From IMG/VR virus record IMGVR_UViG_3300020473_000011, positions 124,001 to 188,000 of that record: a stretch of 64,000 nucleotides of DNA; one strand, 5' to 3'. Position 1 is the stretch's first letter. The number at the start of each line of letters is the position of its first letter. A model generated the notes under the pieces. That model searched no databases, was not told where the DNA came from, and saw nothing but the letters and a program-made list of their open reading frames with translations. Shown piece by piece: positions 8,842 through 17,726 of this stretch. The position numbers and the translations under genes were made by a program.

Positions 8842-9522
8842 ATGACCGATAAAACGACCCTAGTAAAGCAACCTGTCATTGACGTCAGGTCGCTTAAACA
8901 CTATAAGTCCGTCACCGTGACGGAGTACCACCCGAAGACCATCACGGCGCAGTACTTCATCGAGAAGCCACTGTATGCTAAACACGTAAAGGCCGAGGTC
9001 TTCTCAGCCCTGTACAGAGGCAAGTCTGTCGCGTCGCTGATGGACTTAATGAGTCGCGTCGCATCCGTGGTGCGCGTGGGCAATAACATTATTAAGTGCC
9101 GTTATGATCTTGGCCACATGCTTGACGTATATCATGAACACAACGAAGCTGAAAACGCATTAGATGCTGCTATCTTTGGCGAAGCACAACTAGATACACA
9201 AACCGACAGCTCAGCTCCAAAGGTTGTGACGAAGTCAGACTATCTTGAAACGCTCTATAACATTACTCAGCGTAAGCATGCCTTCACAAGTATGGCCTAT
9301 GGGAATACCGACATCGACACGCTAACGAACCTGCTTGACTCGCTGCCTGCTCAATCAGAAGGTATGTACTTGATGAGCGACGTGGGTAAGCTCTTAGTGA
9401 GCCTGACGTCTAAGTCGCTGGTGGATGGCGCAGATTATGTGCTTGACTGCCTTATCGCGGAACTTGAAATAAAGGCGGTTAAGCTGCCACCCACTTTCAT
9501 TAAAACGGTAGATGAACTATGA
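8842..9522 (+). CDS. Hypothetical protein
   Basis: 226-aa ORF downstream of the TTGCCC-N16-TATACT promoter (8735-8762). Confidence 0.7.
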   Translation: MTDKTTLVKQPVIDVRSLKHYKSVTVTEYHPKTITAQYFIEKPLYAKHVKAEVFSALYRGKSVASLMDLMSRVASVVRVGNNIIKCRYDLGHMLDVYHEHNEAENALDAAIFGEAQLDTQTDSSAPKVVTKSDYLETLYNITQRKHAFTSMAYGNTDIDTLTNLLDSLPAQSEGMYLMSDVGKLLVSLTSKSLVDGADYVLDCLIAELEIKAVKLPPTFIKTVDEL

Positions 9523-9719
9523 AGCGACCACAATTAACCCCAGCACAGAAGTCATGCCTTATCGTGGTTTTCACTGATGGACAGTTCCGCTGTGCTAATA
9601 ACTATAAGCCTGCCCAGAAGCTAATAGCGCTGGGCTTAGTTGACTCGACCGAAGATAAGTTCGGTTCTGTCACACTTTTAAGAACGGAGAAGACTGTTGA
9701 GTACGCGCGCACTTTGTAA
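9519..9719 (+). CDS. Small hypothetical protein
   Basis: ATGA-coupled to the upstream gene. Confidence 0.6.
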   Translation: MKRPQLTPAQKSCLIVVFTDGQFRCANNYKPAQKLIALGLVDSTEDKFGSVTLLRTEKTVEYARTL

Positions 9720-10131
9720 CCCTATTATAGAAAGGTCTCATACTGAACACACCGTGGTGCTTTGTGACACGGATGACCTACGCGTGACCCGTGAGTCTCA
9801 TGCACGCTTCACGTACTTCACAATACAGTCTGTGTTCAAAAAAGAGCCTGTCTCTATTCAGTGCTATACCGATGCTGCTTACGTTAAACCACTGGCGGAG
9901 CGTATCAAGAAGCTGACGGCCAAAGGTTACTTCGACCCACACCCACATTCGATTAAACGTCTTGGCCAGTACTGTGCGTTCCTTGTTGTGAATAACAAGC
10001 TTGTTAAGTACCGTAATAGTCTCGACACTGTGATCCGCGCTTATTACGAAAGAGACACGAGCGCTCACTTCATGAGTTCATTAGAGTCCATCATGGGTGA
10101 TATGCCTAACCCAGCGGGACTAGACACTTAA
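9697..10131 (+). CDS. Hypothetical protein
   Basis: 144-aa ORF within the operon; start uncertain. Confidence 0.6.
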   Translation: MSTRALCNPIIERSHTEHTVVLCDTDDLRVTRESHARFTYFTIQSVFKKEPVSIQCYTDAAYVKPLAERIKKLTAKGYFDPHPHSIKRLGQYCAFLVVNNKLVKYRNSLDTVIRAYYERDTSAHFMSSLESIMGDMPNPAGLDT

Positions 10132-10280
10132 TCCAGATAATTACTCTAACCACCTTCCACCAGCCCTTTGCGGGACTATTACCCTGTCCCGCAGACTATT
10201 ACATCTAATAGCTGTTGAAATCGTTGTACAACGCTGCTAGTATGCAATTCATTACTTACTAAGACCGATAAGCGCACACA

Positions 10281-10847
10281 ATGAGCCATGTAGCACTCCC
10301 ACCAGCTAATTATGCTGAACTAGAACAGATGACCGCCACGCCAATTGAAGGTAGCGGCTGGGAAGAGCTGTTCGACTACACAACCTTCGAAGCAAAGATG
10401 TGCTACACAAACGTAGCAAAGGTCATGCTTAATAACCCTGACCGTGAACTACGCTACGTACTGGGCTATATCTGCTCAGGTAACTTAGCAAAGAACATCT
10501 ATATTGCACACGCATGGCTTGAAACGGCTGACGGCACGCTGCTTGACCCAACCTTCGACCTTGTTGAACGTAACCACTTAGACATGGATGATACCCGTTA
10601 CGTCTACTTCCCACGTATTAAGATGACGGAAGCTGAGTTTGATGCGTATTTGGAGAAGATGGAGCTTGAGCGCGGCGCAATGTACGCACCTGATCACAGT
10701 AACATTCAGACATCCCCTGAGCTGGTGGCTAAACTGGCACCGTTTGAAGATTGTGATGGGTTGACCCGTATGATTAACCATGTGGGTCACCACGACCTAG
10801 GCTGGTCTCAAGAAGAGCAGCGCTTCACAAAAGAAAGAGAGGATTAG
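10281..10847 (+). CDS. Transglutaminase/papain-like fold protein
   Basis: CYTN...YVLGY...HAWLE...LLDPT gives a Cys-His-Asp triad; promoter TTGAAA-N17-TAGTAT at 10215-10243. Confidence 0.6.
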   Translation: MSHVALPPANYAELEQMTATPIEGSGWEELFDYTTFEAKMCYTNVAKVMLNNPDRELRYVLGYICSGNLAKNIYIAHAWLETADGTLLDPTFDLVERNHLDMDDTRYVYFPRIKMTEAEFDAYLEKMELERGAMYAPDHSNIQTSPELVAKLAPFEDCDGLTRMINHVGHHDLGWSQEEQRFTKERED

Positions 10848-10848
10848 C

Positions 10849-11082
10849 ATGAGTACTGTACTGACTATAGTGGCTGCCCTTGCGTTGTATGGGGTCATCG
10901 TTGTGTGGCCACTGTCTAAAGATTTCCGACTAGCCCACAGGCACGTCGCGACAGGGTATTTACCACATGCAGTCAACCGCCGTTACCTTCGTAACACATA
11001 CATCATCAATATAGGACTTGCTGTGCTAATGGCGCTTATCTTCGCGTACATTACGTACGTCGTCTTGGCCACCAGCGCCTAG
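10849..11082 (+). CDS. Small two-TM membrane protein
   Basis: Two hydrophobic segments, GAGGA RBS, terminator at about 11100-11126. Confidence 0.65.
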   Translation: MSTVLTIVAALALYGVIVVWPLSKDFRLAHRHVATGYLPHAVNRRYLRNTYIINIGLAVLMALIFAYITYVVLATSA

Positions 11083-11149
11083 CACTTGCTAGAACGAACA
11101 GAGACCGCTTTTAAGGCGGTCTTTTTGTTTCTGGGTCTCAATGGTCGGC

Positions 11150-11740
11150 TTAGGCGTATTGAGCGGCTAGGACGTCGTATGAGTCGACGGTGTGGGCAAA
11201 CTCAGGGTCTAACTGGCAGTCTTCGTCAAATGGTTTGTTGTGCAGGCGAGCTGCAACGCGTCGAATACCTTTACTGGTTGGGAAGCCACCACACACCACG
11301 GGAGCTGTGAAGTACTTGCGGGCAATCGGTGCACCGTTCGGGTCAGCCATCACACTGTAGCGGTTGTAACGCTCGCTACGCTCTTCAAAGTAACACTCTA
11401 GGCGTTCGCCCAGCTCTTCGGTCATCATTTCAGCGTAGCCCTGTTTACGGTGCTCTGGTAGCACGTAGGCTGAGTAGAACGCATCACTGTAGTAGTGTAA
11501 GTCATCTTCATGGACGTGCCCGACGATTTGCTCCACCAGCATACACAAACCAATGATGCGGTTATCCAGTGTCAGGGTTACATAGTGTAAGTAACGTCGG
11601 TAGTCTTCTTTCGGGCGGTCGGCACGGCTGGCCATCACATAGTTCAGTGATTTTTCGTCAATGTATAGTTTGTTCTCTAAGATCAGGTGACCCAGTTCTT
11701 GGATGTCACCTTCTCCATACGCAAGTTGGAGTTCGGTCAT
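11150..11740 (-). CDS. GNAT-family acetyltransferase
   Basis: Motif A-like SAYVLPEHRKQGYAEMM. Confidence 0.75.
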   Translation of the reverse strand: MTELQLAYGEGDIQELGHLILENKLYIDEKSLNYVMASRADRPKEDYRRYLHYVTLTLDNRIIGLCMLVEQIVGHVHEDDLHYYSDAFYSAYVLPEHRKQGYAEMMTEELGERLECYFEERSERYNRYSVMADPNGAPIARKYFTAPVVCGGFPTSKGIRRVAARLHNKPFDEDCQLDPEFAHTVDSYDVLAAQYA

Positions 11741-12142
11741 CGTTTATGTCTCAAAGTATCGGTTCAATGCCCATCGGGCTAGTACACCGCCATAGTAGCT
11801 TGAGACCATCTTTTTCGCAATTAATTAAATCTTTTTCGAGGATTAATTGGTTAGAATAAAATCCCTGTATTTACGGTAGTTTTCCACCGAGTCCCTGATA
11901 CTATTATATAGAAAACCCTTTCATCACAGTGGGTTATAGCGTTTCAGCTGCTTGACTCTGCTTTTTGCTGTGGTACACCTAAAGTAAGCAAGGATAACGC
12001 GTACTTTACATAGGCGTTACTGTGCAATCGCTTAACGTAAAGACAGGCGGTACCAAGGCATGAACTAAAGTCGTTCCACCAGCTAGATTGCGCGGGTGGC
12101 TTTACCGAGGGATCCACTGTTGTGACAAAGGAGGGACTTACA

Positions 12143-12289
12143 GTGTTAGAGCTTTTAGTAACATTAGTAGTCGCGCTCGTACTGTGGTTTATACCCGCAC
12201 CGCACGTGAAGGATAACGAAACGTGTCGAGTGTGTGGAGGAATGCGACATGACGGCAGCGTCTGTGAAACAGACAACAATAAACAATAA
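12143..12289 (+). CDS. 48-aa membrane peptide with C-terminal CxxC-H-C motif (type I toxin-like)
   Basis: Manual translation (GTG start) MLELLVTLVVALVLWFIPAPHVKDNETCRVCGGMRHDGSVCETDNNKQ; AAGGAGG RBS; terminator at about 12311-12343. Confidence 0.7.
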   Translation: MLELLVTLVVALVLWFIPAPHVKDNETCRVCGGMRHDGSVCETDNNKQ

Positions 12290-12356
12290 ACAATAAGAAA
12301 CGGGAGTGGGAAGTGGTAGTTGCTTACGGGCTGCTACCCTTTTCGGCCTGCTTAAA

Positions 12357-12480
12357 TGAAAATGGGCTGACCCGTGGCCAACCCATTCAAATAAAGTACA
12401 GTCTGCGCTCACGGAGCAGACCTGTTGTTTAAGTATAAGTATAAGTAATCAGCTCATACTTATGCACCTAGATGCCCAAC
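12357..12480 (-). ncRNA. Putative sRNA 2
   Basis: Minus-strand promoter TTGCAA(12516-12511)-N18-TAGTAT(12492-12487); internal hairpin GTCTGC..GCAGAC; terminator AATGGGTTGGCC/GGTCAGCCCATTTT. Confidence 0.55.
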
Positions 12481-12538
12481 ACCCCTATACTAGTCTACAG
12501 AAATATCTTTTTGCAACTAATGACGAGTGACCTAAACG

Positions 12539-12625
12539 AAAAAGGCCAACCTTTCGGTCAGCCTCTTATCAATGCAGAGAAGGTTTCTCACGTCTTCTCT
12601 TGCCCCCGCTCGCGGAAGCAACACA
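12539..12625 (-). ncRNA. Putative antisense antitoxin sRNA 1
   Basis: Minus-strand promoter TTGCAA(12659-12654)-N17-TATGAT(12636-12631); its 5' end is complementary to 12904-12922; terminator AGGCTGACC-GAAA-GGTTGGCCTTTT. Confidence 0.75.
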
Positions 12626-13001
12626 AGCCCATCATAATCGCACTATCTTTATTTTGCAACATCATTCGGGACGCATACGGCTAAATTTTTTATAAATTAG
12701 TTGAACACTAACTAGGCAAAAAATCGAGAAAGCCGCAGACCCAAAGTGCCCAATGGTGCGTGTAAACCCCTGTCCTGCAACGAATTTAATCTGCAAAAAG
12801 CTTTCGTTGTACAATGGTTGTGGTATAATGGTTTTACTGTTTAGGCAGGAGGTGGCAGCCCTCTCAAGCTGTAGTTCGAGACTTTGAAAACGGGTAAGTA
12901 CCTGCTCGCGGAAGCAACACAATTTTTAGCGTTCCACCTGCTTTTAGAGTCGAACAAACGCTAACCGTGACAGTGAAAACCCATAGCAAAAGGATTCAAC
13001 T

Positions 13002-13190
13002 ATGTTTGATTCACTTGTTATGTTCCTAGCTGAGAATGGCTGGAATCTTTGGGGCGCTGTAGGCACTGTTATTGCAGTTGTCGATAAGCTGGTGGCTTTT
13101 TACTTCAAACGAGCTGATAACAAGCTGTGTAAGGAGTGCGAAAAGCCGAAGAAACATTGCCAATGCACACTAGGAGGTGATCAACACTAA
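13002..13190 (+). CDS. 62-aa membrane peptide with C-terminal CxxC-HCxC motif (putative type I toxin)
   Basis: Hydrophobic N-terminal half, CKEC...HCQC; extended -10 TGGTATAAT at 12821-12829 implies a ~170-nt leader; terminator at about 13205-13231. Confidence 0.75.
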   Translation: MFDSLVMFLAENGWNLWGAVGTVIAVVDKLVAFYFKRADNKLCKECEKPKKHCQCTLGGDQH

Positions 13191-13509
13191 CCGATAAACA
13201 CCACAGAGGGTAGTAGCCGCTGCCCTCTTTTTCTTAGTCATATCGACTTTTCGCGTTACCCAGTATAGCCCTTACCTTGTGACTTTTCCACACCGCAGTC
13301 CTGTTGCGTCGCCTGCAATGCACTTTTTGCAAACTTTCTGCACCATTGACCTTCCAATGTACAACAGTTCAGGTAGAATACCCGTGACTAATTTGAGACA
13401 AACCGCTGACACACAAGGTACTTAGACCTTGCTGTAGAGCTGTTTATGAGATATGAGACAAACCGACTATGAAACGATGCTACCCATGTAGCGTGTTAGG
13501 CGTTCCTGC

Positions 13510-13923
13510 GTGTGCAATGGTGATACGCTAATGGAAGATATACCAAGCCTAACTGAGTACTACCCACCGATGGACACGACCGAAGAACGTGTCGTTGATG
13601 CACTGCGCACGATACGCGAGCAGCTTAGCAATAACGAGTGGCGCTGTGAGCCTAGCAACGATGCCTGCTATACGCTGTATGTACGGGGCAACCTACGTGT
13701 GCGCCTAAACACAGTCTTAAAGACAATCACCTTTGAGAGCGTTAAAACCAACCGCCATCTTGTTTTGCGTATCGACGTGCAACACCGTAAGGATTTGTAC
13801 GACGCGTTTAGTCGCTACAGCCCGCCGCCCTATGTACCCGACCGCGATGGTGCTGACCTCGATGAATGGCTGACGTGCGTACATGAGAACCAGTACGGCC
13901 GTGCTGTCTACCAAGAATACTAA
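13510..13923 (+). CDS. Hypothetical protein
   Basis: 137-aa ORF, start uncertain. Confidence 0.6.
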   Translation: MCNGDTLMEDIPSLTEYYPPMDTTEERVVDALRTIREQLSNNEWRCEPSNDACYTLYVRGNLRVRLNTVLKTITFESVKTNRHLVLRIDVQHRKDLYDAFSRYSPPPYVPDRDGADLDEWLTCVHENQYGRAVYQEY

Positions 13924-13940
13924 TTGAACTGAGACCTTGA

Positions 13941-14318
13941 TTGATGAAGAAATTACTTTTAGCAGCTGCCTGCACCATTGGCCTTACGGGCTGCTTCTCT
14001 GATAAACCGAAGGTTGTCTACGTGGATAGCCAAACAGGCAAGACCCTGAGCGAGGCTGACATACAGCTACGTCCACGCATTGTATCTAACCGAGACTACA
14101 GCGTCGTGTGCTTGAACAACGTACTCTACTACCGCTATCAATACTTTAGACAGGCATCGCTTGCCCCTGTAATGGTACCTCTTGAAGGTGGCGCTGCTAA
14201 GGTGAAGCCCGAACACCTGCTCAAGAAATTAGAGACACCCGACCCATTCAACAAAGATGTCCCTGCCGAGCTGCCTGCTGACAGTGTCTATACACAGCTT
14301 GTGGGAGTGACGTGCTAA
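13941..14318 (+). CDS. Lipoprotein
   Basis: Signal peptide MKKLLLAAACTIGLTG-C (lipobox); paralog of 19572..19988. Confidence 0.8.
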   Translation: MMKKLLLAAACTIGLTGCFSDKPKVVYVDSQTGKTLSEADIQLRPRIVSNRDYSVVCLNNVLYYRYQYFRQASLAPVMVPLEGGAAKVKPEHLLKKLETPDPFNKDVPAELPADSVYTQLVGVTC

Positions 14319-14872
14319 TGATCTCAATCGTCAACGTATCGGATGAGTCCGCCCCGCTGGTGGGGGATAACCAGTACGAGCTGCGTATTAACAACAGAGT
14401 CATGACGACGTTTCAGCATGAGCGTAGCGTTGATGGCCTGTCACGCTGTTTACGTGATGCAGCTGACGCGATGGACGCTAAACTCGCGAAAGACGCTCAG
14501 CGCTTCAATGAGGACACGCTAAGGCAGCTGGCCGCTATTCTAAGTGACGGCGTCGCTGATAGCCCCTCTCAGGCACAAATCAAGAAAGCCAAGAGAAAAG
14601 CTGACAGGCCACCAGCGTCACCCAGTGAGGTGCTGTTCAAATTCTTTGCTGATCAAGGACTCACAATTGAGCAGGCAGCCGAGCGTATGGGTGTCTCAGT
14701 CATGATCCTTTACCGCCTAAAGTCATCGAACTCAATGTCGGTAAAGCTGGCGGTGATGCTTGAAGAGCATTTCAACATTAAGGCAAGTCAGCTGTTTTAC
14801 ATTGAAGAGCAGTACAAGCGCCATAAGCTGCAACGTGCCTTAGAGCGTGCCAAGCAGAGGGAAGAACTCTGA
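14312..14872 (+). CDS. Protein with C-terminal HigA-like XRE HTH domain
   Basis: SPSEVL...GLTIEQAAERMGVS...MSVKLAVMLEEHF...LF.IEEQY. Confidence 0.7.
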   Translation: MLMISIVNVSDESAPLVGDNQYELRINNRVMTTFQHERSVDGLSRCLRDAADAMDAKLAKDAQRFNEDTLRQLAAILSDGVADSPSQAQIKKAKRKADRPPASPSEVLFKFFADQGLTIEQAAERMGVSVMILYRLKSSNSMSVKLAVMLEEHFNIKASQLFYIEEQYKRHKLQRALERAKQREEL

Positions 14873-15192
14873 TGGGTGTTGTTGAGGATATGCGTAGCAT
14901 GATAGAGCTTACCGATGAACCTGCATGTGAAGACCTACAAACGTCACTGGGTGCAGGTGTATTCCTAAAGAAGTACCTTGAGTCATTAGGGTCTAACCCA
15001 ACGCAGGCTGCTGCCGTATTAGGCGTGAATAGCTCCACGACTAAGCGCCTGTGTGACGGCGGTGCCCTGACTATCGAAATGGCGGCCAAGCTGCATAAGT
15101 ATTATAACCTGTGTTCGTACGACTTGTTCGAACTGGAAGCGTCACGCAAGGCCACCAAGGCACGACAACTAATTGAACAAGGCTTAGTGTAA
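14872..15192 (+). CDS. HigA-like XRE HTH protein
   Basis: GVFLKKYLESLGSNPTQAAAVLGVNSSTTKRLCDGGALTIEMAAKL. Confidence 0.75.
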   Translation: MGVVEDMRSMIELTDEPACEDLQTSLGAGVFLKKYLESLGSNPTQAAAVLGVNSSTTKRLCDGGALTIEMAAKLHKYYNLCSYDLFELEASRKATKARQLIEQGLV

Positions 15193-15200
15193 GCCTTTAA

Positions 15201-15446
15201 TTGAGACGGGAAAGAGACATGACAAACAAGAGTAAAATAGCCCTAGGCATCCTATGCGTTGTCCTAGTTATCGGTGGTGTGAGCGCAGCAAGCCGTTATA
15301 TGTCGCGCTGGACATCAACGTTTAGTATTCAGCACAAGATTATTCAACCCAAGGCAGGCAAAGAGTGTGTTGTTGTCTCAACCACCAGCGCTGTTGCGAC
15401 AGACTGCTGGGATGTACCTGCGGCTAAGGTAGGAGGTCGTCACTGA
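15201..15446 (+). CDS. Small membrane-anchored protein
   Basis: N-terminal TM segment; C-x-VV...DCW. Confidence 0.6.
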   Translation: MRRERDMTNKSKIALGILCVVLVIGGVSAASRYMSRWTSTFSIQHKIIQPKAGKECVVVSTTSAVATDCWDVPAAKVGGRH

Positions 15447-16321
15447 TGGACACGAATGAGTTAGCAACCCGAATGAAGATGTACGAGCTGTCTACGCCTC
15501 ATCGGATCCCGAGCCTGATGCCGATTGTCGTCCGTTTGGATGGGCGTAGCTTTTCGACGTTTACGAAAGACATGAACCGTCCCTTTGATACACAGTTCCA
15601 TGAGGCGATGTGTGCTCTCACAGCCTTCTTAGTGGAGCGGACTAACGCAACCATTGGCTACACCCAGTCTGACGAAATCAGCCTTGTCTTTTTGAACACG
15701 AACTATAAGTCAGATCACCTCTTCGGTGGGCGTAAGCAGAAGATTGAGTCATTACTCGCTGGTATGGCCTCAGCCTTCTTCATGACACAAGTTCAGCAAT
15801 ACTGGCCAGATAAGCTGGTGGACTTCCCCCACTTTGATGCGCGTGCGGTTGCCTTCCCCAATGAAGTAGAAGCCTATAACTGTATTGTATGGCGCGAACA
15901 GGATGCAACTAAGAACAGCGTTCAGTTACTGGGTCAGTCCTACTATAAGCACAGCCGCTTGGTGTTGCTGTCTAACAAAGCGATTCAACACGCGCTCTTT
16001 ACTGAGCACAACGTTAATTGGAACGACCTAGAACCATGGCAAAAGCGCGGTACCTACTTTCAGCAACGTAAGGTAGACGGCGTTCGCTGTGCTGTGGCTC
16101 TCGATATGCCACCCATCACGCGTTGCAGTAATGCCATGGGTGTCTTGCTCCGAGGTGAGCAGCCTGCTGAGTTATTCATGAGCTGGCCAAAACCCCTTGA
16201 TACGAATGAGGCTCGTATGGAAGACGGTACGTTAGCTAGTCTTGAGAAGAGAAAGCAGCAAGTTCTTGCGTCTATGGGCGTGCCATCAGACATTATCGGT
16301 GCGAACGGAGGGTATAAGTAA
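15446..16321 (+). CDS. tRNA(His) guanylyltransferase Thg1-like protein
   Basis: VRLDGRSFSTFT, PFD, YTQSDEISL, FGGRKQK, FDAR, WREQDATKNS, KRG motifs. Confidence 0.95.
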   Translation: MDTNELATRMKMYELSTPHRIPSLMPIVVRLDGRSFSTFTKDMNRPFDTQFHEAMCALTAFLVERTNATIGYTQSDEISLVFLNTNYKSDHLFGGRKQKIESLLAGMASAFFMTQVQQYWPDKLVDFPHFDARAVAFPNEVEAYNCIVWREQDATKNSVQLLGQSYYKHSRLVLLSNKAIQHALFTEHNVNWNDLEPWQKRGTYFQQRKVDGVRCAVALDMPPITRCSNAMGVLLRGEQPAELFMSWPKPLDTNEARMEDGTLASLEKRKQQVLASMGVPSDIIGANGGYK

Positions 16322-17130
16322 TGTACAGCGCCCCTTATATCCCGTTACAGGTGACTATCGCTAGTGTGGCTGACCATTGGACGTTCCCAGTCTTACTAAA
16401 GATGTCACGTGATGTTGATCCCGCGCACAAACACAACGAGCGTGTCTGGGCAGTGTTCCCGACCTTCGAGAAAGCGATACCGTATGCCTCGGTTATTAAC
16501 GGTATTGCACTGCCACGCTACGACGCCGCAGGTAAGGAACTGGATTTAACTGACATGCTGGCACTGGCGCGTGACCACCTTGTCCACCAGCTGTCGCGTT
16601 TCTTGCTAACGGGTGCTGGCCATTTACAAGAACTGGTACCGCATACGCACGCGGACTACGCCGAGCAGTACCCTGCACTCTACCAAGGGTCGGATAACGT
16701 ATCGTTATACAAAGAGCGTATTACGTTACGCCCTGACGAGTTGGATTACACGTACTACGAACAGGGGAGCTTTGATTTTGAAAAGTTCGACGTCGTGAAC
16801 CTGTTAGCTAAAGAGCTGCTAGATGACGTAACCGTGTCGGCCTTCTGGCACGTGGATTTCACACCGAACCGTCTTGTCATGCGACGCGAGCACCTGACAG
16901 TGAGTCTGATTGGTCACACAGTGAGTGTTGAGGTCGGGTTACCTCATACGCAAAAGTGCGCGTTAGACTTCGATTTGTGGGAGACTGTACGTTTATACAG
17001 TATACTGCGCCGTAGGCACTTTCGTGAGAACGCGCGTTATGAAAAACGGTCTGCAAAGTACACAGGCCGCAGTACGTTCTATGCCCTGCGCCTACTTAAA
17101 TCAACACATAGGAACCCTAATGAACTTTGA
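16321..17130 (+). CDS. Hypothetical protein
   Basis: 269-aa ORF coupled to the Thg1-like gene. Confidence 0.7.
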   Translation: MYSAPYIPLQVTIASVADHWTFPVLLKMSRDVDPAHKHNERVWAVFPTFEKAIPYASVINGIALPRYDAAGKELDLTDMLALARDHLVHQLSRFLLTGAGHLQELVPHTHADYAEQYPALYQGSDNVSLYKERITLRPDELDYTYYEQGSFDFEKFDVVNLLAKELLDDVTVSAFWHVDFTPNRLVMRREHLTVSLIGHTVSVEVGLPHTQKCALDFDLWETVRLYSILRRRHFRENARYEKRSAKYTGRSTFYALRLLKSTHRNPNEL

Positions 17131-17332
17131 GCTGGCTCTTAAAGTTGAGCTGTACTTTGTTATCGGTGCGGTGCTGTATCTCATGTACACGCGCATCGAG
17201 CAGTACTTTCCGACAATGGCCGATGTTAACAAGCGGCTGACGTACGCCCTGCTCTTTTTCTTCTGGCCACTTATGGTCGTGGTACTGGCAGAGGAATATG
17301 TCAAAGGTAAACGCAACGGGGAAGACCAATGA
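17120..17332 (+). CDS. Small membrane protein
   Basis: MNFELALKVELYF...FFFWP; resembles the next gene (VEFY...CFWP). Confidence 0.6.
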   Translation: MNFELALKVELYFVIGAVLYLMYTRIEQYFPTMADVNKRLTYALLFFFWPLMVVVLAEEYVKGKRNGEDQ

Positions 17333-17679
17333 CGCTATACCAAGTATTGAGTAGTGACATGCTGATGAATGTCTTGATGGGTGTTGAGTTCTATGTGGCG
17401 CTGGCGTCATTGGTAAGTTTGTTCGTTAAGCACGAGGACTACCGACTCTACCCCATCCCTATGTGGACGACGACCCGCTATGCGACAGTACTGGTTTGCT
17501 TTTGGCCTGCTTTGCTGGTGGCACTACCGTTCCTTCGCTACAAGAATCGTAACCGAACGGCAGAGTCGGTTCGCAATGAGATCAAGAAACGGAACCTTGC
17601 TCGGAACGCTGCTATGTTCCGTCACCATGGGATGGACTTCACAGCTGACCTGCTTGAAGGCAAGCACAAGAACCTTTAG
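17329..17679 (+). CDS. Membrane protein
   Basis: Two TM segments with an FWP motif; ATGA-coupled. Confidence 0.65.
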   Translation: MTLYQVLSSDMLMNVLMGVEFYVALASLVSLFVKHEDYRLYPIPMWTTTRYATVLVCFWPALLVALPFLRYKNRNRTAESVRNEIKKRNLARNAAMFRHHGMDFTADLLEGKHKNL

Positions 17680-17681
17680 TT

Positions 17682-17726
17682 AGACACTGAGACACTGAGA
17701 CACTGAGACACTGAGACACTGAGACA
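17682..17726 (+). repeat. Tandem repeat (AGACACTG)x5.6 abutting a start codon
   Basis: Read directly from the sequence; the ATG follows at 17727. Confidence 0.95.

Noticed and set aside
12460-12480. sRNA2 5' end pairing with the leader of the 2933..3031 peptide
   Set aside because: Only 6 contiguous base pairs; consistent with chance.
11944-12922. Track ORFs 11944..12279, 12164..12412, 12472..12684, 12662..12922
   Set aside because: No convincing RBS or protein-like composition; the region is better explained by the 48-aa peptide and two sRNA units.
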